Source of the DNA: a virus
Lineage: Duplodnaviria; Heunggongvirae; Uroviricota; Caudoviricetes
Strand: one strand, 5' to 3'
Length of the DNA: 61,570 bases
IMG/VR virus record: IMGVR_UViG_3300022561_000002
Positions 60,401-61,570 of this stretch are shown here, piece by piece. How positions within the stretch are numbered: the stretch's first letter is position 1; each line of letters begins with the position of its first letter. The notes below the pieces were generated by a model. That model ran no database searches, was not told the origin of the DNA, and was given only the letters and a program-made list of their open reading frames with translations. The translations under genes were made by a program, and so were the position numbers.

Positions 60401-61386
60401 TAATATTTGGATAATCTTCTACTTCTAGAGTTGGAATAAATTGAGGTTTATATAAATCATAAGTTTCGCACATATCCATTAGATAAATACTGTTTTGTGT
60501 TAATTGATCAAAAACATTTCTTGGTATATATTCCATAAAACTATACACTTCTTCGGCACCCATCATATACGCATAAGAATAGAAATCATCAACTTCACGT
60601 TCTCCATCCATCGCATTCAAATAAGATTTATGAATTAATTGTTTTTCTTTTGATTCGTAATGACTATCAGTAGAGTAAATTGCTTTAATTCCATAAGCAG
60701 TAGATAATATTAATAACATAGTATTTACTTCTATTTGGTCTTTATTTGTACTTGGTTGTAGCTCTAAAAAGAAATTTTCTATACCAAAAGTATCAATGCA
60801 AAAATTTAAGAAATTATCTATATCTATTTTCGCATTGTGGATTTCACTAGGGTCTTCTGTCTTTATTGCTTTTTGTAATTTCAGAATCGCTCTAGGAAGT
60901 TCTCCACCAAGACATGCGGTAGAGGCTATAATATTCCCTTTGTATCTAGACATTATTTCTGCTATTTGTTTTTTGGAAATTGGTGTTCTATACATACCAC
61001 GTTGCATATATGAATTATTCCATGCGGTAGATGATATTTCTTTTAACGCTTCATATCCAACTGCGTTTTTAGCCGCAAGAATGAAGTGATAATATTGATG
61101 GGTTGCCGCAGTATAATTCTCTTGATGTTCTGCAATATCATCAATCATATATATCTCATCGCCTAATACTATCTTAAAATCTTCTGTTATTTTACCTTGT
61201 TCTAAATACTTTTTATAAGTCTGTATCATTTGCACATGACCCGATAATACTTCGTGGTCTGTTAATGCAAAACCTTTTAAGCCTATTTCGATTGCCCTAT
61301 CAAACAATGAAGGAACTTTATTAATCGAGTCAAAGTAAGCGGATATTGCTAAACTCTGAGTGATTGTGTAAACTAAAATATGACAT
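57468..61386 (-). CDS. dnaE: DNA polymerase III alpha subunit, +1 frame break at 61335-61329
   Basis: LTDH, GDEIY, STDSHY, GPARGSA, PDIDFD, KYDFL, FSRNH. The first PHP motif (HNHSEFS) lies in a different frame starting at ATG 61386 with a GGAGG RBS. Confidence 0.93.
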
Positions 61387-61435
61387 AACTAATCCATCCC
61401 TCCTTTTCTTATGTTGTTATTTAATCTTATAATAT

Positions 61436-61464
61436 ATTATATCATTTTTTTGTGAAAATTTCAA
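61436..61464 (-). promoter_or_regulatory. SigmaA promoter of dnaE
   Basis: TTGAAA-17 nt-TATAAT with TG extension. Confidence 0.75.
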
Positions 61465-61570
61465 ATTCCACTTTCTCTAATGAAAATTCTAGATGGCCTT
61501 TTTTGATTCGACCGCCTCTGGTGGAGTCAATATTTCTTTGGAAAAGTCAAGCTACTCTGCTTTTAATATA

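Noticed and set aside
57468-61307. Intein or PolC-type exonuclease insertion in dnaE
   Set aside because: Ordinary length; no splicing or exonuclease motifs recognised.
61503-61530. Imperfect hairpin upstream of dnaE
   Set aside because: Weak stem, ambiguous orientation, at the window edge.
1-61570. tRNA genes, integrase/att sites, stop-codon recoding
   Set aside because: None recognised by eye; long genes read normally with code 11. tRNAscan-SE would be decisive.

Overview
AT-rich contiguous segment of a large tailed dsDNA phage. The host is probably a Firmicute/Clostridia member (AGGAGG RBSs, sigmaA-type promoters, amidase-SPOR endolysin, XkdX) and the gene order is SPbeta/c-st-like (inference). 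Layout: (1) 1-4581, minus strand: small accessory genes and a NodU/CmcH carbamoyltransferase. (2) 4758-36036, plus strand: PIN-PhoH, terminase interrupted by a group I intron carrying a GIY-YIG homing endonuclease, portal, protease/scaffold, capsid, neck, tail tube, tape measure, baseplate and an OB-fold spike fused to about 570 aa of Pro-poor GYTGS collagen-like repeats. (3) 36041-50119: a roughly 14 kb enzyme cassette with its own upstream terminator and two sigmaA promoters. It encodes a GT4-GT2-methyltransferase fusion, a second GT, a Ser/Thr-rich virion-like protein, six ParB/sulfiredoxin-fold paralogues, two radical SAM/SPASM paralogues, a PP-loop enzyme, an 8-Cys peptide and a NeuA/HAD/NeuB trio. 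This is the best candidate for an undescribed system. (4) 50166-54810: more fibre-associated genes and lysis. (5) 54848-61386, minus strand: RuvC-like resolvase, dUTPase with a large insertion, guanylate kinase and DnaE, whose reading frame is broken at a CTT-TGA-C (prfB-like) site. No tRNA, CRISPR, integrase or reverse transcriptase was seen. Product calls come from motif reading only; no searches were run. Many starts were corrected from the ORF track to the RBS-supported codon.
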